Shown one piece after another: positions 1 to 11,500 of a DNA stretch of 64,000 nt. Source of the stretch: the human T2T-CHM13v2.0 reference genome, Homo sapiens; the NCBI RefSeq assembly GCF_009914755.1, contig NC_060947.1; one strand, written 5' to 3'. The number at the start of each line of letters is the position of its first letter. Positions within the stretch are counted from its first letter, which is position 1. The notes beneath the pieces were generated by a model. The model saw nothing but the letters and a program-made list of their open reading frames with translations, did no database searches and was not told where the DNA came from. The translations under genes were made by a program, and so were the position numbers.

Positions 1-689
1 TTCCAACGAAACCTTCAAAGAGGTCCAAATATCCCCTTGCGGATCCCACAGAAAGAGTGTTTCGAAACTGCTGTTTCAAAAGGAATCTTCAACTCTGTGA
101 GTTGAATGCAATCATCACAAAGAAGTTTCTGACAATGCTTCTCTCTCGTCTTTCTGTGAAGATAATGGAAAAGGCTTTCAGGCCTTTTCCACCACAGGCC
201 TGAAAGCGCTCCAAATGTCCACTTGCAGATTCTGCCAAAAGAATATTTCAAAACTGCTCTATGAAAAGCAATGTTAAACTCTGTGGCTCGAACACAAACA
301 TCACAAAGCGGTTTCTGAGAATGCTTCAGTTTAGTTTTTCTGTGGAAATATTCCCGTTTCCAAAGAAATCTTCAAAGAGGTCCACGTATCCACTTACAGA
401 TTCTACAAAAAGACAGTTTCAAAACTGCTCCATCAAAAGGAGGGTTCAACTGTGTGACTTGAATGCAATCATCACTCAGAAGTTTCTGAGAATGCTTCTC
501 TTTAGTTTTTACGTGAACATATACCCGTTTAGAACGAAGGCCACCCAGTGGTCCAAATATCCACTTGCAGATTCTACAGAAAGAGTGTTTCGAACCTGAA
601 CTCTCAAAGGCAGGTTCATCTCTGCGAGTTAAATGCATTCATCATGAAGAACTTTCTCAGAGTGTTTGTGTTTAGTTATGGGAAATTAT

Positions 690-706
690 TCCCGTTTCCA
701 ACGAAA
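690..706 (-). other. CENP-B box (canonical; recurs in each HOR)
   Basis: TCCCGTTTCCAACGAAA, whose reverse complement TTTCGTTGGAAACGGGA matches YTTCGTTGGAARCGGGA. Confidence 0.95.
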
Positions 707-1540
707 TCCTCAGAGAGCTCCAAATATCCACCTGCAGATTCTACCAAAAGTGTATTTGGAAACTGCTCCATCAAAAGGCATGTTCAGCTCTGTGAGTGAA
801 ACTCCATCATCACAAAGAATATTCTGAGAATGCTTCCGTTTGCCTTTTATATGAAGTTCCTTCCTATACTACCGTAGGCCTCAAAGCAGTCCAAATCTCC
901 ATTTGCAGATTCTACAAAAAGAGTGATTCCAATCTGCTCTATCAATAGGATTGTTCAACTCCATGAGTTGAATGCCATCCTCACAAAGTCGTTTCTGAGA
1001 ATGCTTCTATCTAGTTTTTATGTGAAGATATTTCCTTTTCCACCACAGGCCTCAAAGCCCTCCAAACGTCCACTTGCAGATTCTCGAAAAAGAGTGTTTC
1101 ATAGCTGCTCTTTCAAAAGGAAAGTTCAACTCTGGGAGTTGAATACAAACATCACAAAGTAGTTTCCGAGAATGCTTCTGTTTAGTTTTTATGTGAAGAT
1201 GATCCCGTTTCCAGTGAAATCTTCAAAGAGGTCCACATATCCCCTTGCAGATTCCAAAGAAAGAGGGTTTCAAAACTGCTCCATCAGAAGGATTGTTCAA
1301 CTCTGTGAGTTGAATGCAGTCATCGCAGAAAACTTTCTGAGAATGCTTCTGTCTAGGTTTGATGTGAAGATATAGACGTTTCAAACGAAGGCTACAAAGT
1401 GGTCAAAATATACACTTGCAGATTCTACTACAAGGGTGTTGCAAACCTGAACTATCAAAGGAAGGTTCAACTCTGTGAGTTGAATACAAACATCACAAAG
1501 AATGTTCTGAGTTTGCTTCCGTTCAGTTATGGGAAGTTGA

Positions 1541-1557
1541 TCCCGTTTCCAACGAAA
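1541..1557 (-). other. CENP-B box (canonical; recurs in each HOR)
   Basis: TCCCGTTTCCAACGAAA. Confidence 0.95.
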
Positions 1558-2051
1558 TCCTCAGAGAGGTCCAAATATCCCCTTGCAGATTCTACAAAAC
1601 GTGTGTTTGGAAACTGCTCCATCATAACGAATGTTCAGCTCCCTGAGTTAAACTCCATCGTCACAAAGAATTTTCTGAGAGTGCTACCGTCTGGTTTTTA
1701 TATGAAGTTCTTTCCTTCACTACCACAGACCTCAAAGCGGTCCAAATCTCCACTTGCAGATTCTACAAAAAGAGTGTTTGCAAACTGCTCTATCAAAAGG
1801 AATGTTCAACTCTGGGAGTTGAATGCAATCATCACAGAGCAGTTTCTGAGAATGCTTCTATGTCGTTTTTAGGAGAAGATATTTCCTTTTCCAACACAGT
1901 CCTCCAAGCCCGCTAAATAGCCACTTGCACATTGTAGAAAAAGTGTGTCAAAGCTGCGCTATCAAAGGGAAAGTTCAACTCTGTGAGGTGAATGCAAACA
2001 TCCCAAAGAAGTTTCTGAGAATGCTTCCGTTTAGCTTTTAGGTGAAGATTA

Positions 2052-2068
2052 TCCCGTTTCCAACGAAA
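2052..2068 (-). other. CENP-B box (canonical; recurs in each HOR)
   Basis: TCCCGTTTCCAACGAAA. Confidence 0.95.
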
Positions 2069-2579
2069 CCTTCAAAGAGGTCCAAATATCCCCTTGCGGA
2101 TCCCACAGAAAGAGTGTTTCGAAACTGCTGTTTCAAAAGGAATCTTCAACTCTGTGAGTTGAATGCAATCATCCCAAAGAAGTTTCTGACAATGCTTCTC
2201 TCTCTTCTTTCTGTGAAGATAAAGGAAAAGGCTTTCAGGCCTTTTCCACCACAGGCCTGAAAGCGCTCCAAATGTCCACTTGCAGATTCTGCCAAAAGAA
2301 TATTTCAAAACTGCTCTATGAAAAGCAATGTTAAACTCTGTGGCTCGAACACAAACATCACAAAGCGGTTTCTGAGAATGCTTCAGTTTAGTTTTTCTGT
2401 GGAAATATTCCCGTTTCCAAAGAAATCTTCAAAGAGGTCCACGTATCCACTTACAGATTCTACAAAAAGACAGTTTCAAAACTGCTCCATCAAAAGGAGG
2501 GTTCAACTGTGTGACTTGAATGCAATCATCACTCAGAAGTTTCTGAGAATGCTTCTCTTTAGTTTTTACGTGAACATAT

Positions 2580-2596
2580 ACCCGTTTCGAACGAAG
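2580..2596 (-). other. Variant CENP-B box keeping the 9 core bases (recurs in each HOR)
   Basis: ACCCGTTTCGAACGAAG; reverse complement cTTCGttcgAaaCGGGt fits NTTCGNNNNANNCGGGN. The box-like sites at 352, 1203 and ~1374 lack core bases. Confidence 0.8.
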
Positions 2597-5500
2597 GCCA
2601 GCCAGTGGTCCAAATATCCACTTGCAGATTCTACAGAAAGAGTGTTTCGAACCTGAACTCTCAAAGGCAGGTTCATCTCTGCGAGTTAAATGCATTCATC
2701 ATGAAGAACTTTCTCAGAGTGTTTGTGTTTAGTTATGGGAAATTATTCCCGTTTCCAACGAAATCCTCAGAGAGCTCCAAATATCCACCTGCAGATTCTA
2801 CCAAAAGTGTATTTGGAAACTGCTCCATCAAAAGGCATGTTCAGCTCTGTGAGTGAAACTCCATCATCACAAAGAATATTCTGAGAATGCTTCCGTTTGC
2901 CTTTTATATGAAGTTCCTTCCTATACTACCGTAGGCCTCAAAGCAGTCCAAATCTCCATTTGCAGATTCTACAAAAAGAGTGATTCCAATCTGCTCTATC
3001 AATAGGATTGTTCAACTCCATGAGTTGAATGCCATCCTCACAAAGTCGTTTCTGAGAATGCTTCTATCTAGTTTTTATGTGAAGATATTTCCTTTTCCAC
3101 CACAGGCCTCAAAGCCCTCCAAACGTCCACTTGCAGATTCTCGAAAAAGAGTGTTTCATAGCTGCTCTTTCAAAAGGAAAGTTCAACTCTGGGAGTTGAA
3201 TACAAACATCACAAAGTAGTTTCCGAGAATGCTTCTGTTTAGTTTTTATGTGAAGATGATCCCGTTTCCAGTGAAATCTTCAAAGAGGTCCACATATCCC
3301 CTTGCAGATTCCAAAGAAAGAGGGTTTCAAAACTGCTCCATCAGAAGGATTGTTCAACTCTGTGAGTTGAATGCAGTCATCGCAGAAAACTTTCTGAGAA
3401 TGCTTCTGTCTAGGTTTGATGTGAAGATATAGACGTTTCAAACGAAGGCTACAAAGTGGTCAAAATATACACTTGCAGATTCTACTACAAGGGTGTTGCA
3501 AACCTGAACTATCAAAGGAAGGTTCAACTCTGTGAGTTGAATACAAACATCACAAAGAATGTTCTGAGTTTGCTTCCGTTCAGTTATGGGAAGTTGATCC
3601 CGTTTCCAACGAAATCCTCAGAGAGGTCCAAATATCCCCTTGCAGATTCTACAAAACGTGTGTTTGGAAACTGCTCCATCATAACGAATGTTCAGCTCCC
3701 TGAGTTAAACTCCATCGTCACAAAGAATTTTCTGAGAGTGCTACCGTCTGGTTTTTATATGAAGTTCTTTCCTTCACTACCACAGACCTCAAAGCGGTCC
3801 AAATCTCCACTTGCAGATTCTACAAAAAGAGTGTTTGCAAACTGCTCTATCAAAAGGAATGTTCAACTCTGGGAGTTGAATGCAATCATCACAGAGCAGT
3901 TTCTGAGAATGCTTCTATGTCGTTTTTAGGAGAAGATATTTCCTTTTCCAACACAGTCCTCCAAGCCCGCTAAATAGCCACTTGCACATTGTAGAAAAAG
4001 TGTGTCAAAGCTGCGCTATCAAAGGGAAAGTTCAACTCTGTGAGGTGAATGCAAACATCCCAAAGAAGTTTCTGAGAATGCTTCCGTTTAGCTTTTAGGT
4101 GAAGATTATCCCGTTTCCAACGAAACCTTCAAAGAGGTCCAAATATCCCCTTGCGGATCCCACAGAAAGAGTGTTTCGAAACTGCTGTTTCAAAAGGAAT
4201 CTTCAACTCTGTGAGTTGAATGCAATCATCCCAAAGAAGTTTCTGACAATGCTTCTCTCTCGTCTTTCTGTGAAGATAAAGGAAAAGGCTTTCAGGCCTT
4301 TTCCACCACAGGCCTGAAAGCGCTCCAAATGTCCACTTGCAGATTCTGCCAAAAGAATATTTCAAAACTGCTCTATGAAAAGCAATGTTAAACTCTGTGG
4401 CTCGAACACAAACATCACAAAGCGGTTTCTGAGAATGCTTCAGTTTAGTTTTTCTGTGGAAATATTCCCGTTTCCAAAGAAATCTTCAAAGAGGTCCACG
4501 TATCCACTTACAGATTCTACAAAAAGACAGTTTCAAAACTGCTCCATCAAAAGGAGGGTTCAACTGTGTGACTTGAATGCAATCATCACTCAGAAGTTTC
4601 TGAGAATGCTTCTCTTTAGTTTTTACGTGAACATATACCCGTTTCGAACGAAGGCCAGCCAGTGGTCCAAATATCCACTTGCAGATTCTACAGAAAGAGT
4701 GTTTCGAACCTGAACTCTCAAAGGCAGGTTCATCTCTGCGAGTTAAATGCATTCATCATGAAGAACTTTCTCAGAGTGTTTGTGTTTAGTTATGGGAAAT
4801 TATTCCCGTTTCCAACGAAATCCTCAGAGAGCTCCAAATATCCACCTGCAGATTCTACCAAAAGTGTATTTGGAAACTGCTCCATCAAAAGGCATGTTCA
4901 GCTCTGTGAGTGAAACTCCATCATCACAAAGAATATTCTGAGAATGCTTCCGTTTGCCTTTTATATGAAGTTCCTTCCTATACTACCGTAGGCCTCAAAG
5001 CAGTCCAAATCTCCATTTGCAGATTCTACAAAAAGAGTGATTCCAATCTGCTCTATCAATAGGATTGTTCAACTCCATGAGTTGAATGCCATCCTCACAA
5101 AGTCGTTTCTGAGAATGCTTCTATCTAGTTTTTATGTGAAGATATTTCCTTTTCCACCACAGGCCTCAAAGCCCTCCAAACGTCCACTTGCAGATTCTCG
5201 AAAAAGAGTGTTTCATAGCTGCTCTTTCAAAAGGAAAGTTCAACTCTGGGAGTTGAATACAAACATCACAAAGTAGTTTCCGAGAATGCTTCTGTTTAGT
5301 TTTTATGTGAAGATGATCCCGTTTCCAGTGAAATCTTCAAAGAGGTCCACATATCCCCTTGCAGATTCCAAAGAAAGAGGGTTTCAAAACTGCTCCATCA
5401 GAAGGATTGTTCAACTCTGTGAGTTGAATGCAGTCATCGCAGAAAACTTTCTGAGAATGCTTCTGTCTAGGTTTGATGTGAAGATATAGACGTTTCAAAC

Positions 5501-8500
5501 GAAGGCTACAAAGTGGTCAAAATATACACTTGCAGATTCTACTACAAGGGTGTTGCAAACCTGAACTACCAAAGGAAGGTTCAACTCTGTGAGTTGAATA
5601 CAAACATCACAAAGAATGTTCTGAGTTTGCTTCCGTTCAGTTATGGGAAGTTGATCCCGTTTCCAACGAAATCCTCAGAGAGGTCCAAATATCCCCTTGC
5701 AGATTCTACAAAACGTGTGTTTGGAAACTGCTCCATCATAACGAATGTTCAGCTCCCTGAGTTAAACTCCATCGTCACAAAGAATTTTCTGAGAGTGCTA
5801 CCGTCTGGTTTTTATATGAAGTTCTTTCCTTCACTACCACAGACCTCAAAGCGGTCCAAATCTCCACTTGCAGATTCTACAAAAAGAGTGTTTGCAAACT
5901 GCTCTATCAAAAGGAATGTTCAACTCTGGGAGTTGAATGCAATCATCACAGAGCAGTTTCTGAGAATGCTTCTATGTCGTTTTTAGGAGAAGATATTTCC
6001 TTTTCCAACACAGTCCTCCAAGCCCGCTAAATAGCCACTTGCACATTGTAGAAAAAGTGTGTCAAAGCTGCGCTATCAAAGGGAAAGTTCAACTCTGTGA
6101 GGTGAATGCAAACATCCCAAAGAAGTTTCTGAGAATGCTTCCGTTTAGCTTTTAGGTGAAGATTATCCTGTTTCCAACGAAACCTTCAAAGAGGTCCAAA
6201 TATCCCCTTGCGGATCCCACAGAAAGAGTGTTTCGAAACTGCTGTTTCAAAAGGAATCTTCAACTCTGTGAGTTGAATGCAATCATCACAAAGAAGTTTC
6301 TGACAATGCTTCTCTCTCGTCTTTCTGTGAAGATAAAGGAAAAGGCTTTCAGGCCTTTTCCACCACAGGCCTGAAAGCGCTCCAAATGTCCACTTGCAGA
6401 TTCTGCCAAAAGAATATTTCAAAACTGCTCTATGAAAAGCAATGTTAAACTCTGTGGCTCGAACACAAACATCACAAAGCGGTTTCTGAGAATGCTTCAG
6501 TTTAGTTTTTCTGTGGAAATATTCCCGTTTCCAAAGAAATCTTCAAAGAGGTCCACGTATCCACTTACAGATTCTACAAAAAGACAGTTTCAAAACTGCT
6601 CCATCAAAAGGAGGGTTCAACTGTGTGACTTGAATGCAATCATCACTCAGAAGTTTCTGAGAATGCTTCTCTTTAGTTTTTACGTGAACATATACCCGTT
6701 TCGAACGAAGGCCAGCCAGTGGTCCAAATATCCACTTGCAGATTCTACAGAAAGAGTGTTTCGAACCTGAACTCTCAAAGGCAGGTTCATCTCTGCGAGT
6801 TAAATGCATTCATCATGAAGAACTTTCTCAGAGTGTTTGTGTTTAGTTATGGGAAATTATTCCCGTTTCCAACGAAATCCTCAGAGAGCTCCAAATATCC
6901 ACCTGCAGATTCTACCAAAAGTGTATTTGGAAACTGCTCCATCAAAAGGCATGTTCAGCTCTGTGAGTGAAACTCCATCATCACAAAGAATATTCTGAGA
7001 ATGCTTCCGTTTGCCTTTTATATGAAGTTCCTTCCTATACTACCGTAGGCCTCAAAGCAGTCCAAATCTCCATTTGCAGATTCTACAAAAAGAGTGATTC
7101 CAATCTGCTCTATCAATAGGATTGTTCAACTCCATGAGTTGAATGCCATCCTCACAAAGTAGTTTCTGAGAATGCTTCTATCTAGTTTTAATGTGAAGAT
7201 ATTTCCTTTTCCACCACAGGCCTCAAAGCCCTCCAAACGTCCACTTGCAGATTCTCGAAAAAGAGTGTTTCATAGCTGCTCTTTCAAAAGGAAAGTTCAA
7301 CTCTGGGAGTTGAATACAAACATCACAAAGTAGTTTCCGAGAATGCTTCTGTTTAGTTTTTATGTGAAGATGATCCCGTTTCCAGTGAAATCTTCAAAGA
7401 GGTCCACATATCCCCTTGCAGATTCCAAAGAAAGAGGGTTTCAAAACTGCTCCATCAGAAGGATTGTTCAACTCTGTGAGTGGAATGCAGTCATCGCAGA
7501 AAACTTTCTGAGAATGCTTCTGTCTAGGTTTGATGTGAAGATATAGACGTTTCAAACGAAGGCTACAAAGTGGTCAAAATATACACTTGCAGATTCTACT
7601 ACAAGGGTGTTGCAAACCTGAACTATCAAAGGAAGGTTCAACTCTGTGAGTTGAATACAAACATCACAAAGAATGTTCTGAGTTTGCTTCCGTTCAGTTA
7701 TGGGAAGTTGATCCCGTTTCCAACGAAATCCTCAGAGAGGTCCAAATATCCCCTTGCAGATTCTACAAAACGTGTGTTTGGAAACTGCTCCATCATAACG
7801 AATGTTCAGCTCCCTGAGTTAAACTCCATCGTCACAAAGAATTTTCTGAGAGTGCTACCGTCTGGTTTTTATATGAAGCTCTTTCCTTCACTACCACAGA
7901 CCTCAAAGCGGTCCAAATCTCCACTTGCAGATTCTACAAAAAGAGTGTTTGCAAACTGCTCTATCAAAAGGAATGTTCAACTCTGGGAGTTGAATGCAAT
8001 CATCACAGAGCAGTTTCTGAGAATGCTTCTATGTCGTTTTTAGGAGAAGATATTTCCTTTTCCAACACAGTCCTCCAAGCCCGCTAAATAGCCACTTGCA
8101 CATTGTAGAAAAAGTGTGTCAAAGCTGCGCTATCAAAGGGAAAGTTCAACTCTGTGAGGTGAATGCAAACATCCCAAAGAAGTTTCTGAGAATGCTTCCG
8201 TTTAGCTTTTAGGTGAAGATTATCCTGTTTCCAACGAAACCTTCAAAGAGGTCCAAATATCCCCTTGCGGATCCCACAGAAAGAGTGTTTCGAAACTGCT
8301 GTTTCAAAAGGAATCTTCAACTCTGTGAGTTGAATGCAATCATCACAAAGAAGTTTCTGACAATGCTTCTCTCTCGTCTTTCTGTGAAGATAAAGGAAAA
8401 GGCTTTCAGGCCTTTTCCACCACAGGCCTGAAAGCGCTCCAAATGTCCACTTGCAGATTCTGCCAAAAGAATATTTCAAAACTGCTCTATGAAAAGCAAT

Positions 8501-11500
8501 GTTAAACTCTGTGGCTCGAACACAAACATCACAAAGCGGTTTCTGAGAATGCTTCAGTTTAGTTTTTCTGTGGAAATATTCCCGTTTCCAAAGAAATCTT
8601 CAAAGAGGTCCACGTATCCACTTACAGATTCTACAAAAAGACAGTTTCAAAACTGCTCCATCAAAAGGAGGGTTCAACTGTGTGACTTGAATGCAATCAT
8701 CACTCAGAAGTTTCTGAGAATGCTTCTCTTTAGTTTTTACGGGAACATATACCCGTTTCAAACGAAGGCCAGCCAGTGGTCCAAATATCCACTTGCAGAT
8801 TCTACAGAAAGAGTGTTTTGAACCTGAACTCTCAAAGGCAGGTTCATCTCTGAGAGTTCAATGCATTCATCATGAAGAACTTTCTCAGAGTGTTTGTGTT
8901 TAGTTATGGGAAATTATTCCCGTTTCCAACGAAATCCTCAGAGAGCTCCAAATATCCACCTGCAGATTCTACCAAAAGTGTATTTGGAAACTGCTCCATC
9001 AAAAGGCATGTTCAGCTCTGTGAGTGAAACTCCATCATCACAAAGAATATTCTGAGAATGCTTCCGTTTGCCTTTTATATGAAGTTCCTTCCTATACGAC
9101 CGTAGGCCTCAAAGCAGTCCAAATCTCCATTTGCAGATTCTACAAAAAGAGTGATTCCAATCTGCTCTATCAATAGGATTGTTCAACTCCATGAGTTGAA
9201 TGCCATCCTCACAAAGTCGTTTCTGAGAATGCTTCTATCTAGTTTTTATGTGAAGATATTTCCTTTTCCACCACAGGCCTCAAAGCCCTCCAAACGTCCA
9301 CTTGCAGATTCTCGAAAAAGAGTGTTTCATAGTTGCTCTTTCAAAAGGAAAGTTCAACTCTGGGAGTTGAATACAAACATCACAAAGTAGTTTCCGAGAA
9401 TGCTTCTGTTTAGTTTTTATGTGAAGATGATCCCGTTTCCAGTGAAATCTTCAAAGAGGTCCACATATCCCCTTGCAGATTCCAAAGAAAGAGGGTTTCA
9501 AAACTGCTCCATCAGAAGGATTGTTCAACTCTGTGAGTTGAATGCAGTCATCGCAGAAAACTTTCTGAGAATGCTTCTGTCTAGGTTTGATGTGAAGATA
9601 TAGACGTTTCAAACGAAGGCTACAAAGTGGTCAAAATATACACTTGCAGATTCTACTACAAGGGTGTTGCAAACCTGAACTATCAAAGGAAGGTTCAACT
9701 CTGTGAGTTGAATACAAACATCACAAAGAATGTTCTGAGTTTGCTTCCGTTCAGTTATGGGAAGTTGATCCCGTTTCCAACGAAATCCTCAGAGAGGTCC
9801 AAATATCCCCTTGCAGATTCTACAAAACGTGTGTTTGGAAACTGCTCCATCATAACGAATGTTCAGCTCCCTGAGTTAAACTCCATCGTCACAAAGAATT
9901 TTCTGAGAGTGCTACCGTCTGGTTTTTATATGAAGTTCTTTCCTTCACTACCACAGGCCTCAAAGCGGTCCAAATCTCCACTTGCAGATTCTACAAAAAG
10001 AGTGTTTGCAAACTGCTCTATCAAAAGGAATGTTCAACTCTGGGAGTTGAATGCAATCATCACAGAGCAGTTTCTGAGAATGCTTCTATGTCGTTTTTAG
10101 GAGAAGATATTTCCTTTTCCAACACAGTCCTCCAAGCCCGCTAAATAGCCACTTGCACATTGTAGAAAAAGTGTGTCAAAGCTGCGCTATCAAAGGGAAA
10201 GTTCAACTCTGTGAGGTGAATGCAAACATCCCAAAGAAGTTTCTGAGAATGCTTCCGTTTAGCTTTTAGGTGAAGATTATCCCGTTTCCAACGAAACCTT
10301 CAAAGAGGTCCAAATATCCCCTTGCGGATCCCACAGAAAGAGTGTTTCGAAACTGCTGTTTCAAAAGGAATCTTCAACTCTGTGAGTTGAATGCAATCAT
10401 CACAAAGAAGTTTCTGACAATGCTTCTCTCTCGTCTTTCTGTGAAGATAAAGGAAAAGGCTTTCAGGCCTTTTCCACCACAGGCCTGAAAGCGCTCCAAA
10501 TGTCCACTTGCAGATTCTGCCAAAAGAATATTTCAAAACTGCTCTATGAAAAGCAAAGTTAAACTCTGTGGCTCGAACACAAACATCACAAAGCGGTTTC
10601 TGAGAATGCTTCAGTTTAGTTTTTCTGTGGAAATATTCCCGTTTCCAAAGAAATCTTCAAAGAGGTCCACGTATCCACTTACAGATTCTACAAAAAGACA
10701 GTTTCAAAACTGCTCCATCAAAAGGAGGGTTCAACTGTGTGACTTGAATGCAATCATCACTCAGAAGTTTCTGAGAATGCTTCTCTTTAGTTTTTACGTG
10801 AACATATACCCGTTTCGAACGAAGGCCACCCAGTGGTCCAAATATCCACTTGCAGATTCTACAGAAAGAGTGTTTCGAACCTGAACTCTCAAAGGCAGGT
10901 TCATCTCTGCGAGTTAAATGCATTCATCATGAAGAACTTTCTCAGAGTGTTTGTGTTTAGTTATGGGAAATTATTCCCGTTTCCAACGAAATCCTCAGAG
11001 AGCTCCAAATATCCACCTGCAGATTCTACCAAAAGTGTATTTGGAAACTGCTCCATCAAAAGGCATGTTCAGCTCTGTGAGTGAAACTCCATCATCACAA
11101 AGAATATTCTGAGAATGCTTCCGTTTGCCTTTTATATGAAGTTCCTTCCTATACTACCGTAGGCCTCAAAGCAGTCCAAATCTCCATTTGCAGATTCTAC
11201 AAAAAGAGTGATTCCAATCTGCTCTATCAATAGGATTGTTCAACTCCATGAGTTGAATGCCATCCTCACAAAGTCGTTTCTGAGAATGCTTCTATCTAGT
11301 TTTTATGTGAAGATATTTCCTTTTCCACCACAGGCCTCAAAGCCCTCCAAACGTCCACTTGCAGATTCTCGAAAAAGAGTGTTTCATAGCTGCTCTTTCA
11401 AAAGGAAAGTTCAACTCTGGGAGTTGAATACAAACATCACAAAGTAGTTTCCGAGAATGCTTCTGTTTAGTTTTTATGTGAAGATGATCCCGTTTCCAGT

